From NCBI GenBank assembly GCA_012729395.1, contig JAAYDF010000284.1:2441-66440 (forward strand): a stretch of 64,000 bases of DNA, written 5' to 3'. This document shows positions 63,551 to 64,000 of the stretch, piece by piece; the stretch's first letter is position 1; each line of letters opens with the position of its first letter. The stretch comes from Phycisphaerae bacterium (GTDB lineage: Bacteria > Planctomycetota > Phycisphaerae > UBA1845 > PWPN01). Under the pieces are notes generated by a model. The model saw nothing but the letters and a program-made list of their open reading frames with translations. It was not told the origin of the DNA and did no database searches. A program made the position numbers and the translations under genes.

Positions 63551-64000
63551 TCAATCTCCCACACCCACCGCCACGGCCGTCAACGGATCGACCGCTTCAC
63601 ACGCGTGTGCCTTCGCGAGCTCGATTTCACCCGCCTCCACCCGATCCTCGTCTCCTTCATCACAAGGCACACCCGTCAATAGGCTCTCCAGCCGCATCAG
63701 CCCAGGTACCGGATCCCAGCGGCGCTTCACAAACTCCCGACCGGCACTGCCGATCGCCGCCGCCAACTCCGCGTCCCTGAGCAAGGCAACCACCGCCTCG
63801 ACGAACTCCGCCGGCGAATCCGCCACCAGAATCTCGCGACCAGCCTCAGCGCCAATCCCCGCGGCCACGCACGAGGTCACCACGCACGGCCGACCCATGT
63901 CCATGGCCATCAACACCTTGGTCTGCACGCCCCGAGCCAGCCGCAACGGAGCCACGTTCACCCGCATCGCCTCGACATAAGGCTCGACCGCCGGTACCGT
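63551..64000 (-). CDS. Glycosyltransferase, C-terminal part (5' end beyond window)
   Basis: The frame is open to the window end. VNVAPLRLARGVQTKVLMAMDMGRPCVVT is a GT-B C-domain motif. The listed ORF 63551-63967 is the part after an internal Met. Confidence 0.7.
   Translation of the reverse strand, partial: TVPAVEPYVEAMRVNVAPLRLARGVQTKVLMAMDMGRPCVVTSCVAAGIGAEAGREILVADSPAEFVEAVVALLRDAELAAAIGSAGREFVKRRWDPVPGLMRLESLLTGVPCDEGDEDRVEAGEIELAKAHACEAVDPLTAVAVGVGD

Noticed and set aside
1-64000. rRNA, tRNA and tmRNA genes
   Set aside because: Reading both strands, I saw no segment with cloverleaf-compatible arms plus a conserved GTTCRANYC T-loop context, and no rRNA-like conserved blocks. A tRNAscan/Infernal run would be needed to be certain.

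Overview
High-GC bacterial chromosome segment, most likely Planctomycetota. That guess rests on the fused lpxC-fabZ, a GT3-type glycogen synthase, a long NagB-LmbE fusion and dispersed GGTGTCAGGAAC-type palindromes. No rRNA, tRNA or CRISPR array was seen. Most of the window is housekeeping: hisA, coaD, cimA-like synthase, nfi, rnc, glycogen synthase, nagB, coaB, two ABC exporter half-transporters, rsmH, a MarR/adaptor/ATPase/FtsX-permease efflux operon, and skp-lpxD-lpxC/fabZ-lpxA-oxidoreductase. There are also glycosyltransferases and a co-directional envelope cluster (S55-like peptidase, beta-propeller, degenerate GspE-like protein, CvpA-like protein). The main finding is a visibly lower-GC, tightly coupled four-gene operon at 14214-19428 on the minus strand. 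It encodes an N6-adenine DNA methyltransferase, a 688-aa protein fusing a MutL/MORC/Hsp90-type GHKL ATPase to a classical histidine kinase, a receiver-domain protein with an unknown C-terminal module, and a ComEC-type MBL hydrolase. It sits beside a decayed toxin-antitoxin pair, and I read it as a candidate undescribed two-component-controlled, R-M-like defence system. Other observations: an intact but stranded Mu-type terminase/portal pair; a 1.4-kb cassette bracketed by perfect 21-bp direct repeats; three disrupted genes (UvrD-like helicase with an in-frame TAA, frameshifted DUF4160, collapsed EamA-like gene); an orphan intrinsic terminator upstream of cimA; and several families of extragenic palindromes and short repeats. 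The ORF track marks GTG/TTG starts as M. Many long listed ORFs are antisense shadows of real genes, as expected at this GC content.
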